From NCBI RefSeq assembly GCF_006345805.1, contig NC_043018.1, forward strand, positions 23,312,001 through 23,376,000: DNA of 64,000 nt, read 5' to 3'. Position numbers and translations under genes: made by a program. How positions within the stretch are numbered: position 1 is the first letter of the stretch; every line of letters begins with the position of its first letter. The notes under the pieces were generated by a model. The model made no database searches. It saw only the letters and a program-made list of their open reading frames with translations, and was not told the DNA's origin. This DNA is from Octopus sinensis. Its lineage: Eukaryota. This document shows positions 12,416 to 26,087 of this stretch, in pieces.

Positions 12416-12623
12416 ACTGAAGTAAAGGCCATGTATTTCAACAGAAATATGGCCACAAAAAGGTTAAGGTCTGTTGAGTCCCTCTTCCTTTCTTCACCCC
12501 CACATTTTTTTTTTTGACCCTATTAATCCTTTTCTTTCACTCTGTCTTCCTTTCCTGCTGAACCATCATGCTTGGTTATTTAACTTTTCCCAGTTTCACT
12601 TCATATTTTCTCTCTTTTTTCAG

Positions 12624-12690
12624 ATTTTGATGTCCCCTTACCTGAAGATTATGATCTAAGGTGCTTTCAACCAATTGAAAAAGCACACAG
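12624..12690 (+). CDS. SMG7: SMG7 exon
   Basis: tttcag acceptor, gtgagt donor. YFDVPLPEDYDLRCFQPIEKAH corresponds to the conserved PLPE(E/D)xxLxxF motif. Phase 1 to phase 2. Confidence 0.93.
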
Positions 12691-13104
12691 GTGAGTGTTT
12701 TCTCACTCTTCAGTTTTTTTTACCTTCTCTTCATCCTCCATTTTTGTTTACCTGCTCTTACCTACTGATTGCAGGTAACAGATAACGGTTCAGTAAAGGA
12801 AGGACCAGCTTCCACCACACTGCTACCACCACTACCACCATTACAATTACTTCAGTCACCACTCACTACACTACCACCAATACAGCCAACACACACTACT
12901 CACTACTGTAACCATATACCATGACCACCACCAGTACACCCTACACGCAGAACACACACCCTTGTTTTTTTGTATCATCTATCTGGATGTTTTGTTGTCC
13001 CTTTTTGTATCACCTATTTATCCTGATGTTTTGCGTTCTTGTCCTATTTTGTATTTTATATACATGTGTGTGTGTGTATATATATATGTGTGTGTGTGTA
13101 TATA

Positions 13105-13135
<31 letters not shown>

Positions 13136-13228
13136 GTATATACACACACACACAGAGTATCCGGGTATCCGGAAGACCATTGTATTTACGAACCCTGCCA
13201 TTTGTCTCTCTCTGTTTTCTCTGTGCAG

Positions 13229-13333
13229 TAATTACAGCTTTGATGCCGAAACTGTTCCGACCGAGATAGAAATACAACTCCGAGCTTTACGCTTGATTAA
13301 TCATGGCAAATGGATTGTTGAGAAATGTTCAGA
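13229..13333 (+). CDS. SMG7: SMG7 exon
   Basis: tgcag acceptor, gtaagt donor. SNYSFDAETVPTEIEIQLRALRLINHGKWIVEKCS resembles SMG7 'RxxRLIxxGKWI'. Phase 2 to phase 2. Confidence 0.93.
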
Positions 13334-13479
13334 GTAAGTTGAAATCTTGTTTTTTTCTCTCTCTTTCTCTCTCTTGTAGGTTGGGTCTTCTTATTCCAAC
13401 AGAAAACAAATGGATCTGTTTTTAACACGTCTAACCCTGGTCTGTGTGTACAGTTAACCCTTTAGCATTCAGCTTATTC

Positions 13480-13680
13480 CAGTGCTTTTCAAACATTTTG
13501 CTGGAGCGGAACCCCAAGGAAACATTCCACTGGCTTGAGGAACCCCCGTGCAATAATTTAATAGTTTTATGTACACATATCTGCACAGGAGAATTAAAAA
13601 TTACTGCCGATTTTAGCAATTTTGTAACTTCTTGCGGAACCCCTGGACTGTACTGGCGGAACCCTGGTTGAAAACCACTG
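13480..13680 (-). mobile_element. hAT-type MITE (same family, inverted), nested in a TTAA-type MITE
   Basis: Reverse complement aligns end to end with 8145-8344. Perfect 8-bp TSD gcttattc. Confidence 0.9.
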
Positions 13681-15106
13681 GCTTATTCTTTCAAATGTAA
13701 TGCTTATTAATTCACATTGTACTCAAGACGACCTCATCTTCCACAACAGAAGCGTTAATGCCACGCCCTCTGATGAAGAGGTCTGGCCTGCAAGAGCCTT
13801 GTGCCGGTGCCATGTAAAAGCTCTCATGCTGGGGCCACGTTAAATGTATCCAACATGCTCTGTAAAGTGGTTGGTGGTATGAAAGGCATCCAGCCTTAGA
13901 GATCAAGCCAAATCAGATTGGAACCTGGTGCAGCTCTCCTGCTTACCAGTTATGGTCAAACCATCCAACCCATGCCAGCATGGAAAATGGACGTTAAAGG
14001 CTGATGATGATGATGGTTGTTTTGAATTAATCAAGCATTTTCTCATACCTTTGAGATTTTAATAATGTTATTGTTTACTTTTAGAATGGCATTGTAGGGA
14101 AGGTGTGAACAGCCAAATCTGGCCAGTTTGAACATAAAACTGGTGGAATATTTAGGTCAGATATGGATAGTTTAAATACTGAAAGGTTAAAGAGTCAGAA
14201 GAAATATCGATTTCAAATTTTCGCACCAGGCCTGCAACTTTGAGGGAGGGGTAAGTCGATTATATCAACCCCCAGTATTCGACTGGTACTTATTTTATCG
14301 ACCCCGAAAGGATGGAAGGTAAAGCAGACCTCAGTGGAATTTGAACTCAGAATGTGAAGATAGACGAAATGGCACTAAGCATTTTGCCCTGTGAGCTAAT
14401 GATTCTGCCAGTTTGCTGCCTTGAGGTCAGAACTAAATATTGATTGAAGGCTATTTTGTCTGAAGCCCTCGTGATTCTGCTGTTGTGCAATGATATCATT
14501 TCTAGCAGAGGCACAAGGCCTTAGATTTTGCATGGCAAAATAGTTATAAAATCAAATCAAGATTGAAATCAAAATGGAAAGTGTAGTTGCGACCAGTGCC
14601 AGTGCCACCTGACCGGCACCTGTGCTGGTGGCATGTAATAAGCACCATTCATGTGTGCGTCATTGCCAGTGTCGCCTGACTAGCTCCCCGTGCTGGTGGC
14701 ACGTAAAAAGCCCCATCCGAAAGTGGTCAATGCCAGCCCCCGGCCCCTGTGCCAGTGGCACATAAAAAAAGCACCATCCAAACATGGTTAATGCCAGTCC
14801 CGCCTGACTGGATCCCATGCCGGTGGCATGTAAAAAAACACCCACTACACTCTCGGAGTGGTTGGCATTAGGAAGGGCATCCAGCTGTAGAAACCCTGCC
14901 TCAATAAACTCCGTCTAAACCATACAAAGATGGAAAAGGGGACATTAAAATGATGATGAGGATGAGTTAACCTCACACAGGGAATCTGGTGTGAATAATT
15001 GTAACAAACTGGGCACAACTAAAATTATTCCTGACAGCCAGGTGATGGTATCAGGTGTGTATTTCTTTTTTTATATTTCTTGACGGTATTTCTTTCTCTG
15101 TGTATG

Positions 15107-15150
<44 letters not shown>

Positions 15151-15202
15151 CTTTCATCCCTTCTCAACTTTTCCATGGTCTTTTTCTTTCTTTCTCGTGA
15201 AG

Positions 15203-15330
15203 TCTGCGGCTCTTATCAATGCAAGTGAACAAGTCTGGCCGACTACACTTTCAGTTCCCTGGAGGTCAGCAACCAGTGACACAGTACAGGACATTGTACA
15301 TCAACACCGCTGATGGCAAAGAAAACAAAG
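15203..15330 (+). CDS. SMG7: SMG7 exon
   Basis: gaag acceptor after a pyrimidine tract, gtatgt donor. DLRLLSMQVNKSGRLHFQFPGG...GKENK is open and phase-compatible (2 to 1). Confidence 0.85.
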
Positions 15331-15369
15331 GTATGTCAGGTCAGCTGGACTTTTAGCAGGTTCAAGCAT

Positions 15370-15710
15370 GTTGTGTGTGTGTGTGTGTGTGTGTGTGATG
15401 TAAATAGTAGTGTGTGTATGATGTAAATAGTAGTGTGTGTATGTGTTGTAAATGGTACTGCATGTGTGTGTGTATGTGTGTGCATGTGGGGGTGATGTAA
15501 ATAGTAGTGTGTGTATGTGTTGTAAATGGTACTGCGCGCGTGTGTGTGTGTGTGTGCATGTGGGGGTGATGTAAATAGTAGTGTGTGTATGTGTTGTAAA
15601 TGGTACTGCGCGCGTATGTGTGTGTGTGTGTGTGTGCATGTGGGGGTGATGTAAATAGTAGTGTGTGTATGTGTTGTAAATGGTACTGCATGTGTGTGCA
15701 TGTGTCCTAA
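15370..15710. repeat. ~60-70-bp GT-rich minisatellite
   Basis: gcatgtgggggtgatgtaaatagtagtgtgtgtatgtgttgtaaatggtactg recurs. Confidence 0.85.
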
Positions 15711-16085
15711 CAGGTATGTGCCCTGACTGATAGTGTATATATGTGTGTGTGTGTCCCAACAGGTGTGTATATGTGAGTGTTGGTGTGTCCTAAATGATAG
15801 TGTGTGTATGTGTCATAATTGTTAGTGTTTCTGTGTCTGTCCTAACTAGTAATTTGTGTATGTGAGTGCGTCCCCTATATACTATTATGTGTGTGAGTGC
15901 GTCCCCTATGTACTATTATGTGTATGTGTATGTGTGTGTGTCACAACTGTAGTATGTGTGGGTATTGAAACTAGTAGTATGTTTCTGTGCTGTGTGTGTG
16001 TTTGTGTGTATATATACATACATATATATATATATATATGAGTTTATTCATGTACATTATTATACACCTGTTCCTCTGTCCTCAG

Positions 16086-16144
16086 GTGATATTGGTCATT
16101 GTAATGTTGACAAACAGTCAAGCAGACAGAATGTTGCCATCCAG
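16086..16144 (+). CDS. SMG7: SMG7 exon
   Basis: ctcag acceptor, gtcagt donor. GDIGHCNVDKQSSRQNVAIQ resembles SMG7 'KQNVAVQ'. Phase 1 to phase 0. Confidence 0.88.
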
Positions 16145-16831
16145 GTCAGTAGGCTTCTCTCTTTTCACTTTCTCACTCCTAATATATAATTAAATCTTCA
16201 TCTTAATTCATATTAGCTAATTAAATATTTATACTACACACTGATGCTATGTGCCAGTAATGAAGTAAACGGTACGTTTAATTAGATTCACAACAATCAG
16301 AGATAATGTGGAGCAAGCCTCTACCTGGTCTCTAATACTGCTAAAAATATTAGCTAAATCTTCCTCGAATTACACCTGAAAGTGTTAGCTTTTTTGTTAT
16401 CTCATTTCTATTTAAATACACTACATTTGTTTAAATTAATTTTGAAAATTATGAAGAATTTGATGAACTAACTTTGTCATTATTAAGCTGATATGTGTAA
16501 CATAAAATACACCACTCTTATACTGGCACCTATACACCCACATTCATTCCCATTTCCTTTTCTTAACTACTCCTTCTAGAACGGCATTCCCACCTAATTT
16601 CTAGCCTTCAACTTGTTACTTATCTTTCCTTTTTTTTTTTGTGGTCTCATTGACTATTTTCCTTTCTCACTCATCCCCTGTTTCTGTCTTCTGATGAAAG
16701 ACTAATATCCCAAGCATTGCAACAATGCCTCTTTCTATTAGAGTGTTCTGCTAATAATTAGCCAGGCTTTGCTTCTCCTTTGTTGTCTTGTCCCCTTTAT
16801 CGTTCATTGTATTTACATATGTGTATATGTC

Positions 16832-16870
<39 letters not shown>

Positions 16871-16875
16871 TTGTA

Positions 16876-17092
16876 TACTCTTTTACTCTTTTACTTGTTT
16901 CAGTCATTTGACTGCGGCCATGCTGGAGCACCGCCTTTAGTCGAACAAATCGACCCTGGGACTTATTCTTTGTAAGCCCAGTACTTATTCTATCGGTCTC
17001 TTTTGCCGAACCGCTAAGTGACGGGGACATAAACAGACCAGCATCGGTTGTCGGGCAATGCTAGGGGGACAAACACAGACACACAAACATAA

Positions 17093-17128
<36 letters not shown>

Positions 17129-17299
17129 ATATATACGACAGGCTTCTTTCAGTTTCCGTCTACCAAATCCACTCACAAGGCTTTGATCGGCCCGAGGCTA
17201 TAGTAGAAGACACTTACCCAAGATGCCACGCAGTGGGACTGAACCCGGAACCATGTGGTTGGTTAGCAAGCTACTTACCACACAGCCACTCCTGCGCCT
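16876..17299 (-). mobile_element. tRNA-derived SINE family A
   Basis: Reverse complement of 2617-3016. Confidence 0.85.
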
Positions 17300-17986
17300 A
17301 TGTATATATGTAAATATAGAGTATACCCCAGTATTTCTTTAAATATACATATGCCCAAGGGATCTTTTAGCTTATATACCATCCTTCTCTAGATAGCTTT
17401 GTTTCTCTAACACATATATCACTGTATCAATCAGACTATTAGATATTTATTTCTTTATTGCCCACAAGGGGCTAAACATAGAGGGGACAAACAAGGACAG
17501 ACAAAGGGATTAAGTCGATTACATCGACCCCAAGTGCGAAACTGGTACTTTATTTATTGACCCCGAAAGGATGAAAGGTAAAGTCGACCTCAGCAGAATT
17601 TGAACTCAGATCGTAACGACAGACGAATTTGAGCTCAGATCGTAACGACAGACGAAATACCGCGCTAACGAGTCTGCCAGCACGCCGCCTTTTCTATTAG
17701 ATATTAGATATTGTTACACACACACAATGAAATAAATACAATTGACAATCCAATAATTTATTTATATCATAACATAATATACTATGAATATAATATAATA
17801 TGATATAATATAAACAATTACTTAAACAACCAAAAAAGACAACAATTTGTTTTGACTTATATACATTTTTTGATATATAAACAATTACCTTATCTCTCTC
17901 TCTCTCTCTCTCTCTCTCTTTATATATATATATATATATAAATGGAAAGTAATATTGCGGAAAAGTCGTTTTAACGAGTTGTATTT

Positions 17987-18100
17987 ATTTATCACCCGAC
18001 GAGATACATCTGCACCACCGGATGCTCCTGAACCATTTGTTGGGTGTCCCACCCGAGAGGAATCGATGCTAGATGTGTTGAAACAATTGTCATGATAAAT
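17987..18100 (+). ncRNA. degenerate type I hammerhead motif (U4C)
   Basis: AUUUAUCAC-CCGACGA-GAUACAUCUGCA[..]UGCUAGAUGUGUU-GAAA-CAAUUG-UC|AUGAUAAAU. Stem II 12 bp, stem I 8 bp after a C-A mismatch. Confidence 0.55.
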
Positions 18101-19182
18101 AATAATTCTTGTATATTCCATCTTCTGTCCTTCATTTGCTATATATATATCATCATCATCATCGTTTAACATCCATTTTCCATGCTAGCATGGGATGGAC
18201 GGTTCAACCGAAGTCTGGGAAACCAGGAGGCTGCACCAGGCTCCAGTCTGATATGGCAGTGTTTCTACAGCTGGATGCCCTTCCTAATGCCAACTACTCT
18301 CTGAGTGTAGTGAGAGCTTTTTACGTGCCACCGGCACAGGTGCCGGAGGAGGCTGACGAACAGCCACATATATATTAAGTCTTATTGAAGCACTGTTCCA
18401 CAGCTGGATTCTGTTTTTGTCATCAAGCCTTGAGTTTCAAGTGCAGTATTTTTCATTCCATTAGTCTTTATGAATCGAAATATGTGAAACTGCTAAGTTA
18501 TATAAGGATATATTATTCACAGAAGATGCAAATAATCAACACCATTTTTGCTGATGCATGTGGATATTCTGCCTTTCACTGTCTCTCTCTCTCCTCTCTC
18601 ATATGCACATACATGTATGTATATGTACGATGGCCTTCTGCACATTTTCTGTGAAATTTCATTCCCAAGTCATTGCTTAGTCCAGGGCTTTAATAAAAAG
18701 CACCGTTTCCAATGTTGCATGCTGTGTGACCAAACCTTAAGCAACAAAGGTCAGAACCAAATTACATTACCAAATAACTATGCACGTGCATGCGCACACA
18801 CACACACACGCACGCAAACGCACACAAGCATGCCTACATGCAAACACACACATATATACAATCATACATACATACATGCAAGCACACACCACACACACAT
18901 CTACAAACATACCTACATGCAAACACACACGCAATCATACATACATGGAAGCATGCACATACACACACAATACATATATGTAATCATACCTACATACAGG
19001 CAAACACACACATATATACAAACATAGATCCAAACATATATATATATATATATATACACACGCACACACCTACACCTATGCACACATATATACACAATCA
19101 TACATAGAAGCTAACACATACAATCATACACACACGCACAATACATATATGTACAATCATACATACATACAAGATACAAAAA

Positions 19183-19223
<41 letters not shown>

Positions 19224-19477
19224 CAAGCATACATTGATCCAAACACACATATACACACACCTACACCTATGCACACATATATATACACAATCATACATAG
19301 AAACTAACATGCACTCACACACGCGCATGCATACATAAAAATCTTCCTCCTTCTCTTCCTCCTCCTCTTCCGCCTCCTCCTCCTCCTCCTTCCTAAGAAA
19401 GAACTCCTGAACTGCTGCCGTATGAATGGTTTTTGCCATGCCTCCAGTAAATATATTCTTGTTTCCTTCTACTTCAG

Positions 19478-19555
19478 GCAATTATCCAGAAGCAGAACCA
19501 AATCACTGACAAAAACTCACCCGACAAAGAAGTAAAAAACATTAATAAGCAATTG
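19478..19555 (+). CDS. SMG7: probable SMG7 exon (78 nt, possible cassette)
   Basis: cttcag acceptor with polypyrimidine tract, gtaaat donor. AIIQKQNQITDKNSPDKEVKNINKQL is open, phase 0 to 0. No recognised homology, and skipping would keep the frame. Confidence 0.7.
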
Positions 19556-19563
19556 GTAAATAT

Positions 19564-19600
<37 letters not shown>

Positions 19601-20064
19601 CATGTCTACCAAGTCCCATGTGCAATGTAATGGTAATGGTCGTTTGAAGCCTAAATTAAGAGACAAGTTCTAAGACGAACTGCCTCCTTGCAATTTTGCG
19701 CTTGGATCAAGTATGGAATCGTGCGGATACAAAGCCACTTTCTGCTAATGACACGGTCATATATATATATATCACGTGATCATGTGACCGACCAGACCAT
19801 CAGATGTTGTTACACATCGCTGGTCACAATGCGTTTGCATTGTTTTAGCCTTCGAATGATGCCAACCTGCTGGCTAAGCGAGCAGGCCAATAGAAGAAAG
19901 AGTGGTGAAAGAGTACAGCAGGGATCACCACCCCCTGCAGAGCCTCGTGGAGCTTTTAAGGTGTTTTCACTCAATAAACACTCACAACACCCAGTATGGG
20001 AATCAAAACCGCGATCCTACGACCGCGAGTCCACTGCCCTAACCACTGGGCCATTGCGCCTCCA

Positions 20065-20096
<32 letters not shown>

Positions 20097-20355
20097 AAAT
20101 AAAATCACCATCATTTAATGTCCATTTTCCATGCTGGCATGGGTTGGACTGTTTGACCAGAGCTGGCAAGCAGGAGAGTTGCACCAGATTCCACTCTTAT
20201 TTGGCATGGTTTCTATGGCTGGATGCCCTTCCTGATACCAACCACTTTACCGAGTGAGCTGGATGCTTTTTACATGGCACCAACACAGTGCTCTTGCAAG
20301 CCAATCCTCTTCAGCAGTGGAGAGTGACATTAAGACTTCTGCTGTGGAGGACGCC

Positions 20356-20392
<37 letters not shown>

Positions 20393-20435
20393 GATAAATC
20401 TCAGAGCGAGTTATAAACAGTAGCAGCAACACATC

Positions 20436-20731
20436 GTGATGTATATTTGCCATTTGAATATGGCTAACCCCTAAGGGTGGATGCTACTGTGGTTTGTAGC
20501 CCCAGGAGGACACCTCCTCCAGCTGGCTATAGACACACTTTCTGTGCCCTATCAGTATTTGCAAAGGGAAGCCATCCTTCCCGTCTTCAACTTATGATAC
20601 ACACGGACTCGAGTTTCAGGCACAGAAAGTGTGTCTATAGCCAGCTGGAGGAGGTGTCCTCCTGGGGCTACAAACCACAGTAGCATCCACCCTTAGGGGT
20701 TAGTCATATTCAAATGGCAAATATACGTCAC
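20436..20731. mobile_element. foldback element/MITE with 113-bp terminal inverted repeats
   Basis: 20436-20548 is the reverse complement of 20619-20731 with 2 mismatches; 70-bp spacer. Confidence 0.8.
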
Positions 20732-22087
20732 TATATATATATATATATATATATACATACATACATATATATATCATCATCATCTTTTAATGTCCGCTTT
20801 CCATGCTAGCATGGGTTGGACGATTTGACTGAGGTCTGGCGAACCAGACTCCAATCTGATCTGGCAGAGTTTCTACAGCTGGATGCCCTTCCTAACGCCA
20901 ACCACTCCGAGAGTGTTGTGGGTGCTTTTACGTGCCACTGGCACAAAGGCCAGTTTGGTGGTACTGGCAACGGCCATGCCCAAATGGTGCTTTTTATGTG
21001 CCACCTGCACAGGAGCCAGTCCAGCGGCACTGGTGGGGACCTGGCTCGAATGTTTCATGTGCCACCAGCACAAGTGCTAGTAAGGCGACGCAGTAATATA
21101 TATATAACATTGTCATCATTTAACATCCATCTTCCATGCATGCATGGGTAGGATTGTTGACAGGAGCCAGCCAGGTTGAAGACTACCCCAGGCAACTGTA
21201 TCTGTTTTGGCAAGGGTTTTACAGCGGGATGCCCTTTCTAACATCCACTTTGCAGAGTGGACTCAGTGCTTTGTATGTGACACTAGCACAGGCAAGGTTA
21301 GTTTTGGCATGATTTTAACAGCTGGATGCCCTTCCAAATGCCAACCACTTTACAGTGTGGGCTGGATGCTTTTTATACAGCACCAGCACTGGCAGGGTCA
21401 CCATGTAACTTGCAAAACAAGGAATTTTGAGTGGGGAACTTGTGTCAGAGGATGAAAGGTTAGAGTGTGAGTGAGGCATAAACCGAGAGGGCATCGGAGG
21501 AGGTGATTGGTGTGTCAGATGTTGAAAAGTTAGAGCGTGACAGAAAATACAGAGGCAGAAACAGGAGGTACATGGTTACCCAGCAAGAGGGAGAGAGGTA
21601 CAAGAAAGCAGACAGAAAAAAGAGATAAGATGACATTTATAAATCCAAGCCAATTCCTCAGTAGATACTAGTATCTTGCAGATACTAGTTTACCTTAAAG
21701 AAAACAACCCATACAAGCAGGAATTGCAGGGCTAATAAATTAATTACTGAATATGTGTATATATCTATGTGTGTGTGTGTGTGTATGTGTGTGTATGTGT
21801 GTGTGTGTGAGAATCCATGGCTGTATGGTTAGGGTGTTGCCCTCACAATTGTGCATTGTGTTCTTGAGCAAAACGCTTCGTCTTGCCTTGCTCTGCGACC
21901 ACTTTAGCACCTGACATACTGCACAGTGTGCACTTGTGCAGGTAATGCCAGTTTTAGGGAAGAAGTGAGCTAATGCACAGCACTGTGCAGGTTGTTCAGC
22001 AAGAAAGTGCAGAGCCCCTGTCTGTTGTCTGTAACAGGAGATGCCACAATACACACTCACACATTTACATATATACACATGCATACG

Positions 22088-22128
<41 letters not shown>

Positions 22129-22196
22129 ATATGAATTAGAGATAAAACCACTATTATGCAACCCAAACAGTGATAGACATAAACCAATACATAAAT

Positions 22197-22242
<46 letters not shown>

Positions 22243-24265
22243 ATATATCATCATCATCGTTTAGTGTCCGTTTTCCATGCTAGCATGGATTGGACAGTTC
22301 AACTGGGGTCTGTGAAGCCAGAAGGCTTCATCAGGCCTAGTCAGATCTGGCAGTGTTTCTACGGCTGGATGCCCTTCCTAACGCCAACCACTCCGTGAGT
22401 GTAGTGGGTGCTTTTTACATGCCACCCGCACAGGTGCCAGACAGAGCTGGCAAACGGCCACGAACGGATGGTGCTTTTTATGTGCCACCGGCACGGGGGC
22501 CAGGCGAGGCTGGCAATGGACACGAACGGATGGTGCTTTTTACGTGCCACCGGCATGAGGCCAGTCGGGGCGGCGCTGGCAACGGTCACGAACGGATGGT
22601 TCTCTTATATGCCACCGGCACTGGTAACACATCTGCAATTTCCATTGATCGATTTCGATTCTGATCCTCACTTGCCTCAACAGGTCTTCACAAGTAGAGT
22701 TTTGTGTCCCAAGAAGGGAAGGTATGCATACGTAGGCTGGCTCCATCCCATGTATATATATATATATATATACACACACTACAGGCTTCTTTCAGTTTCC
22801 ATCTACCAAATCCACTCACAAGGCTTTGGTCGGCCCAAGGCTATAGTAGAAGACACTTGCCCAAGGTGCCACCAGTGAGACTGAACCTGGAACCATGTGG
22901 TTGGGTATCTCTTTTATCTTGTTTCAGTCATTAGATGGCAGGCCATGCTGGGGCACTGCTTTGAAGAATTTTAGTCAGTTGAAGTGGCTCCAGTATTTAT
23001 TTTTTTAAAGCCTGGTACCTATTCTTTCAGTCTCTTTTGCCAAACTGCTAAGTTACAGGGATGTAAACACACCAACACGGGTTGTCAAGTGGTGGGGGCC
23101 GAGTGACAAACACATCACAAAGATGCACACATATAGGTTTATATATATATATATATAATATATATATATATATAGGGTTTCTTTCAGTTTCTGTTTGTCA
23201 GATCCATTCACAAGGCTTTGGTTAGCCCAAAGCTATAGTATAAAGACACTTGCCCAAGGTGCCATGCAGTGGGACTGAGCCAGGAACCATTTGGTTGGAA
23301 AGTAAACCTCTAATCATACAGCCTGCTCCTAGGAAAATGTGCAAAAATTCTGTGCATGTGTGTGTGTGTGTGTGTGTTTGTTTGTTTTGGGTCTGAAAAC
23401 TGGTATTGTTTATATTTGTGTTGTTTTTTTATGTCCTGTAACTTAGAAGTTTAACAAGCAGGGTCTAATATATGTCAGTCTGAATATAAGTACTGGGGTT
23501 GTTAGTATCAGCTAAAATATAAAAGGGTGCAGTGTCCCACCACGAGTGAAATCCACTGATTGAAAGAACAAAAAAAAAAACATAAGCCAAAAAAAAAAAG
23601 ACACAGTATCATTATAATTTCATGTGTTTTCTATGCTTGTATACACACAGCATCTCACCCCCACCCCCTGTTGTGGCCCCTGCTTCATGAGACCAGTCCT
23701 CGTTAATTCTTTTACTTTCACTTTCTCTTTCGTGAGCTCCTTCCACTCGGATCACTTCTTTGCACAACTGTCCTCTTTCATGCACATCACATATCTGTGC
23801 TTGTCCCAAGTCTCCCCTCCTACACGCTATCTCCAGCTGATTGCCCTTATACTCGCTTGTTCAGTCTCTCAACCCATTTGTGCTTCATCGTTCATGTATG
23901 TTAGAATTACTCATCTGTCAGAGCAAGTCTGCTTCGTTTCCTTCTAAACTTATCACACACACACACACACACACACACACTTTTGCTTGCAGTTGTTCAT
24001 CAAATTCAATAATGTCATTCTTTGTGGAGTCTTTTAGTGATTGCAACCTATATTGATTTCAAATTTTGGCACAAGGCCAGCAATTGTGCAGTGAGGGTGC
24101 AACTTGGTTACACTGACTCCAGCATTCCACTGGTACTTGTTACTCCAAATGAATGAAAGGCAAAGTCAACCTTGGAGGAATTTGGACTCAAAGCACAAAG
24201 ATGGGCAAAATGCCGCTATGCATTTTGCCCACTATGTTTACAGTTCTGCCAGTTTGGTGCCTTAA

Positions 24266-24477
24266 CCCTTTAGTATTTAAACCGGCCATATCCGGCCAAA
24301 ATAGTTAATCTGTTTTATGTTCAAACTGACCAGATCCAGGCTCTCACACCTACCCTACAATGTTATTCTACATTAAGTAATTACACCATCAAGATCTGGA
24401 AGATATGAGATAATGCATGATTAATTCAAATCAATGGGAATCAATAGGCATTATGTTTGATAGAATAATCTAAAGGG
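24266..24477. mobile_element. piggyBac-like (TTAA) MITE
   Basis: TTAA|CCCTTTAG...CTAAAGGG|TTAA. A related copy lies at 48021-48241. Confidence 0.8.
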
Positions 24478-24789
24478 TTAAAGTGACCAACATACTACTA
24501 CTAGTTTTCCTTTCTTGGGTTTTATTTACCATTTATTAAACATGTGTTGTTCTTGTTACAAACCAGAAGAGGGCCTCGGAGCGAGACCCAATTTATAATA
24601 GTACGACAAGCAATGGAAGCTACTTAGTTTCATTAATTCTTCCTGATTTTGACACAAGGTCAGCAATTTTGGGAGGAGTTGGGAATGATTACATTGGCCC
24701 CCAAAAGGATGAAAAACAAAATTGACCTCCATAGCATTTGAACTTGCAACGTAAAATCAGAAGAGATGCTGCTGAGCATTTTGCTTGGC

Positions 24790-25117
24790 ATGCTCATCGA
24801 AATTGATCAACATCAATGGAAATTGCAGCTGTGATACCAGTGCCGGTGCCCCGATTGGCTTCTGTGCCGGTGGCACGTAAAAAGCACCATCCGATCGTGG
24901 CCGTTTGCCAGCCTCGTCTGACACCTGTGCTGGTGGCACGTAAAAAGCACCCACTACACTCACAGAGTGGTTGGCATTAGGAAGGGCATCCAGCCATAGA
25001 AACACTGCCAGATCAGACTGGGCCTGGTGCAGCATTCTGGCTTCCCAGACCTCAGTTGAACCGTCCAACCCATGCTAGCGTGGAAAACGGACGTTAAACA
25101 ATGATGATGATGATGAT
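24790..25117 (+). mobile_element. SINE-like family C with internal ~47-bp tandem units and (ATG)n tail (RTE-type end inferred)
   Basis: ggcacgtaaaaagcacc repeats, ...aggaagggcatccagc...aacccatgctagc...gttaaac(gat)n. Copies at 20772-21070(-), 22247-22720(-), 25674-26000(-), 44942-45290(+) and 63463-63860(+). Confidence 0.75.
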
Positions 25118-26043
25118 TAACAACAGGTTATAGTTCATTGATTGCATTGTGCAACATAATTTTTGTCCCTGGGTAGCAACTGTTATTTTCTATTTGCTTA
25201 CCCCAAGAAAGTATGAAAAATGCTTAATATTTCCTTCAAACTTTGCTTTTGTTACATTCAAACCCCAAAGAATCCCTTTCAACACATGGCTATAATGCTC
25301 CCCCATTACTCTTGCTCGTGATCAGATATCATGAACATATATTGTCAGCCACTAAGAGAAATTACTCAAGTGGTAAAGGCCAGGCAACTGACAAGCAAAT
25401 CTGTGGTATTGAGCAGAATATTTGCTATAATGATATTTCTGAAATTCAGTAACTCGGAGCTGAATCTGTCTGAAATATAATAGAAAATAGGTCAGTTCCA
25501 AAACATTGATGTTCAGGTCACAAAAGCAAAGTTCGAAGGGAATAGTATTGATTTCCTTTGGTTTCTAAATAGAAGCAAAATAGGAAATAGCACTTACTGA
25601 CCAAAGACAAAAATATATCTATATATAAATTTTGTTACACAGTGTTAGACATCCTAATTTTTGAAGTTGCAGTCATCATCATCGTTTAACGTCCGTTCTC
25701 CATGCTAGCATGGGTTGGACGGTTTGACCAGGGATCTGGGAAGCCAGAAGGCTGCACCAGGCTCCAGTCTTATCTGGCAATGTTTCTACAGCTGGATGCC
25801 CTTCCTAACGCCAACCACTCTGTGAGTGTAGTGGATGCTTTTTACGTGCCACCCGCACAGGTGCCAGGCGAGGCTGGCAACGGCCACGGTCGGACTGGTG
25901 CAATTTACGTGCCACCGGCACGGAAGCCAGTCGAGGCAGCGCTGGCATCGGCCACGAGTCGGATAGTGCTTTTTATGTACCACCAGTCCAGGGGTCCTGC
26001 AGTCTCAGTTACTATTGGTGCATATAAGTACTAGAGTGCTAGA

Positions 26044-26087
<44 letters not shown>

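Noticed and set aside
16691-16730. CUGAUGA in a Penelope-like 3' tract
   Set aside because: No GAAA or stem II follows; at most an unrecognisable relic.
23624-23947. 107-aa ORF in unique-looking pyrimidine-rich sequence
   Set aside because: No recognisable protein motif or convincing donor, and it is not needed for the gene model.
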